The notes beneath the pieces are model-generated. The model did no database searches and was not told the origin of the DNA. It saw nothing but the letters and a program-made list of their open reading frames with translations. Both the position numbers and the translations under genes were made by a program. From an uncultured virus (IMG/VR IMGVR_UViG_3300020197_000011) (taxonomy: Duplodnaviria > Heunggongvirae > Uroviricota > Caudoviricetes): DNA of 64,000 nt. Where the stretch lies: the IMG/VR virus record IMGVR_UViG_3300020197_000011, one strand, 5' to 3'. Shown piece by piece: positions 36,690 to 45,839 of this stretch (position 1 is the first letter of the stretch; the number at the start of each line of letters is the position of its first letter).

Positions 36690-36711
36690 GATCTTAAAAT
36701 GTGTGTAGAAT
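36683..36711 (+). promoter_or_regulatory. divergent antisense sigma70-like promoter
   Basis: TTGACA-17 nt-TAGAAT on the + strand, pointing into the 3' end of the uvsW operon. Confidence 0.6.
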
Positions 36712-36737
36712 ACCTTTGTTGGGTTTGATGGGACATC

Positions 36738-37130
36738 TTAGCTGCTCTTAAAGAGCTTTTCCAAGATCTCTTTAGCATCGTTGACGTTAGACAGATATCC
36801 CATCTCACGAGTGATCTTAGTGTTTTTGTTTCGAGTCTTGAATGATTGACGAACAAAAGACTGATACATCATAATCATTTCTATATCAGAAGATTCGCTC
36901 ATTGTCAACACATCATCAAGATTAATAATGAATAAGTCTTCAGTGGTTGTCTTTAACCAAGGTTCAATCTTGTAACCACAGACACCACCTCTTGCTTTGA
37001 CTTCTTCAATAATAATTGGATTTGAAACAAGAAGAATAGTTTTATCTTCTTCTTCAGAGGCTGCTACTTTGGCAAAGATTTCTTCACCTGTTTTTAATTT
37101 TATAGTTGCATAAAAATCGTCTTCGATCAT
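36738..37130 (-). CDS. hypothetical protein
   Basis: 130 aa, IKLKTGEEIFAKV; located downstream of uvsW. Confidence 0.8.
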   Translation of the reverse strand: MIEDDFYATIKLKTGEEIFAKVAASEEEDKTILLVSNPIIIEEVKARGGVCGYKIEPWLKTTTEDLFIINLDDVLTMSESSDIEMIMMYQSFVRQSFKTRNKNTKITREMGYLSNVNDAKEILEKLFKSS

Positions 37131-38599
37131 GGTTTTAATTGAATTGTAATTATTTCGTAGTTAAAATTTTCCTCATTATAAATTTTAATTCTTTCTATAA
37201 GGTGATTGAGGGTGTAATTTTTTCTTGCTTTGTACGTACTATCATCTGCAATATCGTAAAGAATAGCTTTTGTTTTATTCTTTCCTTTTCTAAGTACTCT
37301 TCCGATACTTTGCAAATTTCTAATTCTTGATTTGGATGGACTTGCAAAGATTACATTGTGAAGATTTTTAATGTTGATGCCTGTAGAGAATGTTCCATAA
37401 GAAGCAACAATAATTGCATTATTTTCTCTCTCAGTGATTTCTCTTACAAGTTCTCTTTCTTCTGCATCTACGCCACCATGAACGAAAAATACTTTTCTAT
37501 CATCTCGCTTATCAGTATTTATGAGTTGGTAAATTGGTTCTCCATGGGTGGCAACCCTACTATAAAGAACAAGAGTGTTTCCTTTTAAATCAAGAGCTAA
37601 ATTTTTGATGAAGTTATTTCTTTTTTCGTGATTGATAAGATATTGAATTTCATCTTCATAAGTTTCAAACTTTTGTGGTGGATGTTTGAGAACTACACAA
37701 CGAATGTTAAGTTTTGAAATATATCCTTGCTCCATTAACTCAGTTGTTCGAGTTACTTTATATGATGGGCCAAACAATCCCTCCAATACCCATTTGTGTG
37801 TCTGTGTTCCATCAAGAGTTCCTGTGAAACCAAATCTATACTTGGCATGATGTAATTTTGTCATTATAGATATAAGTGACTTACTCTTGAAAAGGTGAGC
37901 TTCATCACCTATAATGACTCCATAATCCTTAAAAAAAGAACGTTCTAATTTGTAAACTGATTGCCAAGTTGTAATGGTTATGGGGTGTTCATTGCTTTTT
38001 TCTTTGCCCGAATATATCTGGTGACAACATGACTCGACATCTAAACCATAACTTCCAAAATCCCCGTACATCTGACTTACAAGACTGGTCGTTGGAACGA
38101 CTACAAGAATTTTTTGATTCTTATCCATATAATACCGCACGAGGGCGTAGATCATTAGGCTTTTTCCAGACGCAGTGGGACTTATCAGTAACTTTCGATT
38201 GTGTCGTAGGGCATCATATACTCCCTCAATTTGGTATTGACGTGGTTGATTGGAGCATATAGAATACATATAGTCTTTTACGCCCTCCATTGAGATCTCT
38301 TCGTTTACCTCAAATGGAAGTCCGTAATATTTGTTATCGTCAAACTTGTAGGTGTAATTGTACTGTTTACAAAAACTTACAACCTTATCTAAAAGTCCAA
38401 CGTATATTTGTTTTGATCTAGAATCAAACAGGTGAATTTCTCCGTTCCAGTTACGTCCTCTAAACTGAGGCATAAATTTTGCATTTGGAACTTCAAACTT
38501 AAAATGATCTCTAAGTTCGTATTCTATGTGTGGTTCTGTCCTTATCTTTAAGTAAACTTCGTTTGCTTTAGAAATTACTACATCAACATTATCAACCAT
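37127..38599 (-). CDS. uvsW: SF2 DNA helicase
   Basis: PTASGKS, DEAH, TGT, QSIGRVLR. Confidence 0.96.
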   Translation of the reverse strand: MVDNVDVVISKANEVYLKIRTEPHIEYELRDHFKFEVPNAKFMPQFRGRNWNGEIHLFDSRSKQIYVGLLDKVVSFCKQYNYTYKFDDNKYYGLPFEVNEEISMEGVKDYMYSICSNQPRQYQIEGVYDALRHNRKLLISPTASGKSLMIYALVRYYMDKNQKILVVVPTTSLVSQMYGDFGSYGLDVESCCHQIYSGKEKSNEHPITITTWQSVYKLERSFFKDYGVIIGDEAHLFKSKSLISIMTKLHHAKYRFGFTGTLDGTQTHKWVLEGLFGPSYKVTRTTELMEQGYISKLNIRCVVLKHPPQKFETYEDEIQYLINHEKRNNFIKNLALDLKGNTLVLYSRVATHGEPIYQLINTDKRDDRKVFFVHGGVDAEERELVREITERENNAIIVASYGTFSTGINIKNLHNVIFASPSKSRIRNLQSIGRVLRKGKNKTKAILYDIADDSTYKARKNYTLNHLIERIKIYNEENFNYEIITIQLKP

Positions 38600-39029
38600 A
38601 TCCTGCCTGGAATTTTACAAATTCAATTGCATTCTTAATCTGATAAGTTCGATTTTGAATAACTTTAAGAATGCTCTCTAAGTAATTTAGCATAGTTTCA
38701 TAGTAGTCAATTTTGAGACAGACATTTGATAGTTTCTCGTCTGCATCAAGATATTTTTGAAGAGTGTCTTTATCCCTAATCTTTTTAGGAAAAGGATTCT
38801 CAATATAAACTTCTGGATCTGCTTTTCCAGTGTAATACTCATAACGATCATGCCGAATGTTTCTTTTTTGCTGTTCGGCTTTCTTTCTAAGAAGAACTAG
38901 ATTGTTATAAAGATCGAAGTATTTTGCGTGAAGAACTGGAATGTTTAGGGATTCTGTATGAAGATTATCAATATCAATTTTGGAATCTTGTTCCCACATT
39001 CTTTGAATCATATCAAGATCAATATTCAT
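38592..39029 (-). CDS. uvsY: recombination mediator
   Basis: D.KID...L..ES...P.LHAKY...YY.G...R.YQIKNAIE. Confidence 0.92.
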   Translation of the reverse strand: MNIDLDMIQRMWEQDSKIDIDNLHTESLNIPVLHAKYFDLYNNLVLLRKKAEQQKRNIRHDRYEYYTGKADPEVYIENPFPKKIRDKDTLQKYLDADEKLSNVCLKIDYYETMLNYLESILKVIQNRTYQIKNAIEFVKFQAGYG

Positions 39030-39589
39030 AAAGGAGTGCCATTCAAATCAGTGATTTCATAGATAGTATACTTGAAACTAGCCTCTGCAGTCAAATATTC
39101 AATGTCTGTATCGGTAGCATCAAACTGCAAATTTGACAAGGAGTATGGAAACAAATCTCTAAACTTAACTTTAAAGTTTGCATTTTGAGAACTTGTTAAT
39201 ACATTTAAAGTTGCATCAGAATAGATATTCATCAACTTTGTGTCAGTTGTGTCAACATATTTTTGTTCTCTTTGAAGATCATAAATTTCATCAAGTTCTC
39301 TTGGAAATCCAAGTCCTCTCATCCAATTTTGAATTTCCATGTAGTTTTCAAGATTTTCATCTACAAGGAAACGAATTGTTAAGTCTTCAAAAACAATTTT
39401 ATCTCCAGGAGTATCAATGTCTTTGAGATATGACGGTTGATTTGCAACACCCAAAGTCATACCTGGGATGTTTGCAGAATTAGAAAAGAACGCAACTTTA
39501 GGTGAACGATTTAAGGTAAACTTAAATCCAACTGGTGCTAAAAAGTTTCGGTTCTGTATTTGATTACTAAATGCGTTACCGACTGCCAT
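39026..39589 (-). CDS. gp3: tail completion / sheath stabilizer
   Basis: N.L....F.F....P...F......IPG..LG; FLVDE.LENY.E...W; located after gp23. Confidence 0.88.
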   Translation of the reverse strand: MAVGNAFSNQIQNRNFLAPVGFKFTLNRSPKVAFFSNSANIPGMTLGVANQPSYLKDIDTPGDKIVFEDLTIRFLVDENLENYMEIQNWMRGLGFPRELDEIYDLQREQKYVDTTDTKLMNIYSDATLNVLTSSQNANFKVKFRDLFPYSLSNLQFDATDTDIEYLTAEASFKYTIYEITDLNGTPL

Positions 39590-39610
39590 CTTTTTCTAAC
39601 TATTTAGAAT

Positions 39611-39637
39611 AAAAAAAAGGGATCCCGAAGGATCCCC
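39611..39637 (-). terminator. terminator after the major capsid gene
   Basis: GGGATCC-cTTCGg-type hairpin followed by a T run. Confidence 0.85.
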
Positions 39638-39658
39638 CCTAAAGTATGTGAATCGAGA

Positions 39659-41095
39659 TCACATAAGGTTCTTAACGGCAACGCGACGATAGTAGCGGTT
39701 GCTGTTAACACGGAGTCTTCCAAGACCCTGCTCAGTACCTTCAGCAAATGGGTTTGCAACGATACCGTAGCGAGTCTTAAAGCCGATCTTAGGCTGGAAG
39801 CTGTTCTCACCAACGGCACGAACCATTTGGAGAGGAACATAAGGACAGTAGAAGAGTCCAGCGTCATAAGGCGAGGAACCCTTGTAACCAACAACATAGT
39901 ATTGGTTGCTACCTTGTGCCAGTCCGCTGTTATCAGCAGCCAGGTTTGCCGAATAAGGATCGATATATACGCGATACTTACCTTGGATAGTACCAGCAAA
40001 GGTGTTGCCAGCATCATCAACGTTCAGGTTAGCATTGAGTGCAGGGGTATAATCGAGAACACCAGCCATGGTGAGTGCTGAAGCAACGTCAGCAGAGCAC
40101 ATGATGATGTTGCCCTTTCCTCTACGAGTTCTCTGAGCGATTCTGTTAGCATCTCTTTCGATTTGGAACAGAAGACCCTTGAACTTCTCAACGCTCCAAC
40201 GTCCGTTGGAATCGATGTCGAGGTCGAATACACCAGCAGTTGCGGTATTTTCTACAGCACCTTGCTCAGCGATCTTATAGATGGTACGGATAACTTCACG
40301 GTTGATTTCAGCAAGAATCTCAGTTGACAGAATGTTTGCCAACTCAGCTTCTGCATTGAGTCCGTGAATTGCCTTGAGATCCTGAGCGAGCTCGAGTGAG
40401 TACTCAGCCTTCAGAGCGCGTGACTTAGCAGTAACAGTGACTTTCTCGATCGAGAATGCCATCTGGTTGAAAGCATTGCCAGCAGTGCCATCAAGGTTCT
40501 CAGAATCGCCAGTTGCCATACCTGAACCGACGTTATATGCGGTTGAGGTTGCAGATCCAACTGGGTTGAGGATTGCTGGGTTGGTGCCACCCTGAGTGGT
40601 TGTACCGATACCAGCAGCAGCGTCAGCGAAACCAGCGGTAAGATCGAATCCTGCATCCTGGCCAGAGAAAGTTGTATCAACTTCATTGAAGAATGCTTCG
40701 GTTCCGCTCTGGTTATTGTAGCGTGAACGCATTGCGAAAATGAGTCCAGTAGGGCCGCTCATTGGTTGAACACCAGCCAAGTCGTAAGCGACGAGGTTAG
40801 GCATTGAACGACGAATGAGTGAAATCAGAACTGGATCGAAACCAGCGGTTGGGCCGCCAGCGGCTGAAGTGCCACCGAAACCACCACTAGCACCAGCAGC
40901 GTTTGCACTGTTGGTTGGGGATTCCATCAGGCTCATACCGCCTGTGGTGAATGCAGCTTCCTCACGGAGGAATTTTTCTTGGTTCTCTAACAGGACAGCG
41001 GTTACTGCTCTTCTGTGCGAATCTTTGATTGCATCAAGACCCTCATAGTTGAGGAGTGGAGCCCACTTTTCCTGCAGATGTTCTGCGTTGAACAT
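39659..41095 (-). CDS. gp23: major capsid protein
   Basis: LLENQE, GVQPMSGPTGLIFAMR, KSRALKAEYSLELAQDLKAIHG, FQPKIGFKTRYG. Confidence 0.99.
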   Translation of the reverse strand: MFNAEHLQEKWAPLLNYEGLDAIKDSHRRAVTAVLLENQEKFLREEAAFTTGGMSLMESPTNSANAAGASGGFGGTSAAGGPTAGFDPVLISLIRRSMPNLVAYDLAGVQPMSGPTGLIFAMRSRYNNQSGTEAFFNEVDTTFSGQDAGFDLTAGFADAAAGIGTTTQGGTNPAILNPVGSATSTAYNVGSGMATGDSENLDGTAGNAFNQMAFSIEKVTVTAKSRALKAEYSLELAQDLKAIHGLNAEAELANILSTEILAEINREVIRTIYKIAEQGAVENTATAGVFDLDIDSNGRWSVEKFKGLLFQIERDANRIAQRTRRGKGNIIMCSADVASALTMAGVLDYTPALNANLNVDDAGNTFAGTIQGKYRVYIDPYSANLAADNSGLAQGSNQYYVVGYKGSSPYDAGLFYCPYVPLQMVRAVGENSFQPKIGFKTRYGIVANPFAEGTEQGLGRLRVNSNRYYRRVAVKNLM

Positions 41096-41141
41096 TTGCG
41101 TTTACCTTTGGTGAATGTTTACGTTTGATTTAATGTTAAAT

Positions 41142-42269
41142 TCAGTTTTTTGCAACTGCCTGAAGAGTTCTCAGGTATGCAGCCATCGTTCCTGAAACAG
41201 ATTCAGGTGATTGATCTACACCCTCAGAAAGGGTTTCAGTGTGTGCCTTTGGAGCTTTACCTGCTGGGAAATATGATTCCTTCAGCATCTCCAGTTTTTC
41301 ACGATATTCTTCTTCACTTTCAAACTCAACACTTTCGGCAAGTGAAGCGAGCTTTTCTTTCTGAGTAGCAGCAAGCCCTTCAGAAACTTGATCTAAGATT
41401 CCGTCAGCAACCGACTCTGCGAGACGCTTGTTGAGTGAAACGTTTTTCTCAATCTGCTCGTTGAGTTTTTCTTCCATTTCATCTAATTTTTCTACCATAT
41501 TCTCAAGTACATCATATTTGTCTTCAGGGATTGTTACATAATGATCTTCAAAAAGTCCCCTCATACCTGAAAGGAATGATTCAGTAAATTCGGTTTTGAG
41601 TCCTTGCTCAATAGCAAGTTCATTCTCAGTGAACCACTCTTCTGCAACGTATTCGAGATATGCATCTACACGCTCAGCGAGTGCTCCTTTGATTTCTTCA
41701 ACTTCTTCAACCAGTCTCTGCTCATATTCGGCTTCAACTGATTCTCTAATTTGAGCAACCTTCGACTTGAGTGCTGCTTCAAAAATGGTTTTTGCCTTCT
41801 CTTTGAAACCTTCGGAGAGTTCTTCACCACCGAGAAGAGCATTAACGTCATCTTCAATTTCGAATGACTCTTCCATCTCTTCTTCTTTTTTACCTTTTTT
41901 GCTATGCTTTTCTTCTTTCTCCTCTTCTTCCTCTTCTTCCTCTTCTTCGTTCTTAGCCTCTAAGAGTTCTTCGTCTTCATCATACTCTTCCTCTTCCTTC
42001 ATACCCTTCATAGGATCAGCAGCCTTAGCACCCTTGTTGACAACATCTCTGACTTGCTTCAGAGTTGCGCCAGGTGTTTTCAACTTTGCTGAATCGTCAT
42101 CAGGACGATAGTTGGAAGGATCTGGGCCACCCAGATCTTCTACATGTCCAAGTTGAGTACCTGGATCTGCCATATGTGGCATTGCATCTCCTGCCTTAGC
42201 GTTAGCATTTACGGCAGTTTTGGATTGCTTAGTGCCTACTTCCATTTCTTGTAAATCTCCACGAGACAT
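41142..42269 (-). CDS. gp22: prohead core scaffold protein
   Basis: Acidic coiled coil, IFEAA, YLEYVAEEW; located between gp21 and gp23. Confidence 0.93.
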   Translation of the reverse strand: MSRGDLQEMEVGTKQSKTAVNANAKAGDAMPHMADPGTQLGHVEDLGGPDPSNYRPDDDSAKLKTPGATLKQVRDVVNKGAKAADPMKGMKEEEEYDEDEELLEAKNEEEEEEEEEEKEEKHSKKGKKEEEMEESFEIEDDVNALLGGEELSEGFKEKAKTIFEAALKSKVAQIRESVEAEYEQRLVEEVEEIKGALAERVDAYLEYVAEEWFTENELAIEQGLKTEFTESFLSGMRGLFEDHYVTIPEDKYDVLENMVEKLDEMEEKLNEQIEKNVSLNKRLAESVADGILDQVSEGLAATQKEKLASLAESVEFESEEEYREKLEMLKESYFPAGKAPKAHTETLSEGVDQSPESVSGTMAAYLRTLQAVAKN

Positions 42270-42317
42270 TTGAACTCTCCGTTTAACCTTAGTTATAAAC
42301 TATATTTATTTATTAAA

Positions 42318-42968
42318 TTAAAGATTTGAAAGAAAATCATTAAACAGATTTAATTTCTGTTCGTCGAGTTTCTTCTGATCTACAAGAGTGTTAATTCTCT
42401 TGTAGGTTTTAGCAGCATACTTTTCACGAAGAATGCCACCATCCCATACCCATTCTTTACCTTCCATAATTCCTGAAACAAATGCATCGGGTGCAGATGG
42501 ATCAGCAACAATATCAGCGGCAGTTGCAAGCATAAAATCTTCACCAACCATATTGATTCCTTCTCTTGTCAGTTTGAGTGAACCAACACCACGAGAAGAA
42601 ACGCCAAGTTTAACTCCTTCTCCAATCAGAGATTCTGCAATTTTACCCATTGGAGTATTCAGAATCTTTGCCTTACCAATAAAGTTAGATCCACTTTCAC
42701 GAAGAGAAGTAATTTTATGTGAAACACGATCGAGATTTACAGTTGGGCCATCAGGATGTCCAAGTTCACCAAGAGCTCTTCCTTGCATGATATGATTTTC
42801 GTTGTATCTAGCAACTTCACGACGAAGAGTATCCATTGGATACAAACGTCCATTGCGGTTTTTAATGTCACCCTGAAGGAAAACACCTTCAATGTAGAGT
42901 GACTTTTTACCGTTGCGTTCTTCAACGATAAATTCGACTGACTCGATTTCTTCTCTGATGAGTTTCAT
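42318..42968 (-). CDS. gp21: prohead protease
   Basis: NRNGRLY, ALGELGHP, GVSSRG.GS, D.VADPSAPDA. Confidence 0.97.
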   Translation of the reverse strand: MKLIREEIESVEFIVEERNGKKSLYIEGVFLQGDIKNRNGRLYPMDTLRREVARYNENHIMQGRALGELGHPDGPTVNLDRVSHKITSLRESGSNFIGKAKILNTPMGKIAESLIGEGVKLGVSSRGVGSLKLTREGINMVGEDFMLATAADIVADPSAPDAFVSGIMEGKEWVWDGGILREKYAAKTYKRINTLVDQKKLDEQKLNLFNDFLSNL

Positions 42969-42972
42969 GGCC

Positions 42973-43239
42973 TTAGTTTGTAAATCCTACTTTTGCTGCT
43001 TTGATTGCTGAAGATGTCCAAATAACATCTGTTGGAAGTTTTTCTAAAAACTCAACGGAGTTTCCTGGCATTGAAAAATAATTAGTTGTTGCAGCACCAA
43101 CGATTGTTGAAACTCCAACAGTAACAATACCTGAAGTATTATTATGAAGTCTCACGCATGTTGCATTACCGATGCTTGTTGCAGCACCAGCTGTTGCACC
43201 TGTTGCAACCTCAGATTCAACGATTTTAGTTCTTTGCAT
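42973..43239 (-). CDS. hypothetical protein
   Basis: 88 aa in the head module. Confidence 0.7.
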   Translation of the reverse strand: MQRTKIVESEVATGATAGAATSIGNATCVRLHNNTSGIVTVGVSTIVGAATTNYFSMPGNSVEFLEKLPTDVIWTSSAIKAAKVGFTN

Positions 43240-43267
43240 CGGTATAATAAAGTCCTATACTTTTTAT

Positions 43268-43456
43268 TTATGATTCTTCGTACTCTTCGCTATCTTCTTC
43301 GTAATCTACCTGATTATCATTAAACAAAGATGATGCAACTTCTGGTTTAAATGCATCAATTTTTTCTGAAGCTTTTGAAAAGAGCAAATCTTTAATTTTG
43401 TCACTAATTTGAGAAGGACTCTTATCAGTAACAATCATATCCATTAATTCATCCAT
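43268..43456 (-). CDS. small acidic protein, in the position of prohead core gp67
   Basis: 62 aa, acidic tail, directly after the portal gene. Confidence 0.65.
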   Translation of the reverse strand: MDELMDMIVTDKSPSQISDKIKDLLFSKASEKIDAFKPEVASSLFNDNQVDYEEDSEEYEES

Positions 43457-43486
43457 GATTTTAAAATTAATAATCGTTGTTATTTA

Positions 43487-45160
43487 TTAAATTTCGCCAC
43501 CCTTGGGCATTTTAATTTCTGGTGGTTCAACTGCAGATGCATCAATTTCTGGTTCCATAACCGAAGCACCCATTTCTCCACCTGGCATTCCTGGCATTGG
43601 TTGTCCAGTTGCAGGATCAATTACCATTTGACTTGGATCGGGAATAATACCTTCTTCAATTTCCCTTTCAATTAACATATCTTGCTCAATAATTTCTTCA
43701 TCAGTTTGACGAAGAACTCTTCTGCGAATATAATCTTGTGAAAAATATTTGCCCACATAGGGTTCTGCTTGAGCAACCATATTCAGACGTTCGGTGAGAA
43801 GTTCAGTTTCTTTGAGTTCTGCAAAATGGTTGTCGTAAAGGAAATCATATTGAATATGCTCACTCATAATCTCCCAATCTTCTGGAGTGATAATATTTTT
43901 TAAAATTAATTGAGTCTTGAGCATATCATTGAACATATTTGAGAATCTTTTTCTCAAGCGTCCAACGAACTTACTAAACTTAACTTCATCACGAAGAATT
44001 TCGGATGAGCGTCCAAGATTAAATCCACCTTCTCCACCAATTCTTGAAGTTGGAACATTTAATGATCTGTAAAGTTTTTCTTGAAAATATTTGATATCAG
44101 TAATTTCTCCAAGGTTTTGTCCACCAGGAAGTGTGGTGATTTCAGTTCCTCTACCACCTTCACGGCGAGGAAGCCAAAAATCTTCAAGCATACTCATGTA
44201 CTTGCGATCGTCACGAACTTCACCAGTTGCTGCATCGTAAACTAACTTATTACGATAACGCATCATAACATCACGAAGATATTGTTCTGCCTTTACTTTT
44301 GGAAGATTGCCAACGTCAATGTAGAAGATTCTTCTTTCTGGAGCTCTTGAGAGTCTGTAGATAACAAGAGAGTCCTCAATCATACGAAGCTGATTGAGTG
44401 CCTTGATTGCTTTGTGAAGATATGAAAGTGTTGATCCTTTATTTCTATCTACAAGTCCAGAAGTGCAATAAGTGATAGAATCTCTAGACATTTTAATGCC
44501 TTTTTTATCACCTAAAGCAGATGGATTTGATGTGGGATATGTTGCTTGGGGAGTGTAAATAAAGTATTCTTCAATCTTAGGAAACTCATATTCCATTGGA
44601 TTGTCGGTGTTAATATTCGACAACCTCATTCGATCATCATTTTTTTCTTTTTTAGTCTGCCGTACATAACGAATTTTCATGGCATCAATGTATCTTAACT
44701 CCTGAATACCTTCTTCAGGACGTTTGAAATCGATGACTTTATGATAATAAAGTCTTCCATCAATATACCAATTTCTATAAATTTCGTGACACTTTTTATC
44801 AAAATCTAATAAGTCTAAAATATATTTAAATTCTTCTCTAATTTTTTTCTTAATACCATCACTTGCATTAAGATTTGATAATTCAATTTCAACAGGAGTA
44901 TCATTAGTGTCTGATACAATCGCTTCATTTACAATATCTTCAATCGCACTATCACACTCAGGATGTAGTGCCATCTCACGATATCTTTTGATTAAGTCAA
45001 ATTCTGTTCTATAAATTCCTTCAAGATCTACATATGAACCAAAAAAACCACTTGTCAGATAGTGATCAACCCCGTCCTCATTATTAGGAGGAACGGGGGA
45101 AACAACTGTCGGTGAAAGTGGTTCGTTATCCTCAATAGAGAATCCAAATAATTTTGCCAT
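43487..45160 (-). CDS. gp20: portal protein
   Basis: WYIDGR, YRLSRAPERRIFYIDVGNLP, EDFWLPRREG. Confidence 0.98.
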   Translation of the reverse strand: MAKLFGFSIEDNEPLSPTVVSPVPPNNEDGVDHYLTSGFFGSYVDLEGIYRTEFDLIKRYREMALHPECDSAIEDIVNEAIVSDTNDTPVEIELSNLNASDGIKKKIREEFKYILDLLDFDKKCHEIYRNWYIDGRLYYHKVIDFKRPEEGIQELRYIDAMKIRYVRQTKKEKNDDRMRLSNINTDNPMEYEFPKIEEYFIYTPQATYPTSNPSALGDKKGIKMSRDSITYCTSGLVDRNKGSTLSYLHKAIKALNQLRMIEDSLVIYRLSRAPERRIFYIDVGNLPKVKAEQYLRDVMMRYRNKLVYDAATGEVRDDRKYMSMLEDFWLPRREGGRGTEITTLPGGQNLGEITDIKYFQEKLYRSLNVPTSRIGGEGGFNLGRSSEILRDEVKFSKFVGRLRKRFSNMFNDMLKTQLILKNIITPEDWEIMSEHIQYDFLYDNHFAELKETELLTERLNMVAQAEPYVGKYFSQDYIRRRVLRQTDEEIIEQDMLIEREIEEGIIPDPSQMVIDPATGQPMPGMPGGEMGASVMEPEIDASAVEPPEIKMPKGGEI

Positions 45161-45193
45161 TATTAAAGTTTAGACTTTGATTTCTACTATTTA

Positions 45194-45808
45194 TTAAGCG
45201 CCAGAACCAGGTCTTTCTGGGTAGTAGTATTGAACTTGGAATTCAACAGTGAACTCTTCAATCGTGTCGCCAGTTTCATACGAAAGATCAATTGCCGAAA
45301 CTGCGGTTGGGAAAATATCTTGGAACTTATACTGTGCCAAAATATTTGCAGGGCCTGAGGTTGTTCCTTGTCCCTGAGTTCCTGAAGCAGTTCTTCCGAG
45401 TTGATAAACTGTAGCATTACCCATATAAGATGCAGGGCTGGTTAAACCAGAATGATCTCCATATTGAGCAACGTTTTGCATCCATGCTTCAAATGCTCTT
45501 CTGTGTGAGAAGTTTTCATCGTTGATGATTGTTACAGCCCAAACATCAAAAGTTCTGTCTCCAGCAACTTTTAAAATGCGTCCACGGAAAGGAACTTCGA
45601 TAGGAGTAACTGTAGATCCTGGCAATGCAGCAGCTTTGCAAAGGAATCTAAAGTTTTCGCTATCAAACTGTCCACTTCCATCTCCCTGAAGATTGAGATT
45701 TAAACCTTCAGGGAAAGCAACGTTAACTTCAAACAGATTAGGACGAGCACCGCCACCGATCAGTTTTGATTTAAATTGGGAGATGTTTCTTGTTGGAATT
45801 TGTGCCAT
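45194..45808 (-). CDS. gp19: tail tube protein
   Basis: GGARPNLFEV, FRGR.LKVAGDRTF, IEEFTV.F. Confidence 0.95.
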   Translation of the reverse strand: MAQIPTRNISQFKSKLIGGGARPNLFEVNVAFPEGLNLNLQGDGSGQFDSENFRFLCKAAALPGSTVTPIEVPFRGRILKVAGDRTFDVWAVTIINDENFSHRRAFEAWMQNVAQYGDHSGLTSPASYMGNATVYQLGRTASGTQGQGTTSGPANILAQYKFQDIFPTAVSAIDLSYETGDTIEEFTVEFQVQYYYPERPGSGA

Positions 45809-45839
45809 GGTTGGATCCTCCTTTAGTAATTAATTAAAA

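Noticed and set aside
41870..42000. Low-complexity (tct/tcc)n tract
   Set aside because: Encodes the poly-Glu stretch of scaffold gp22; ordinary for this protein
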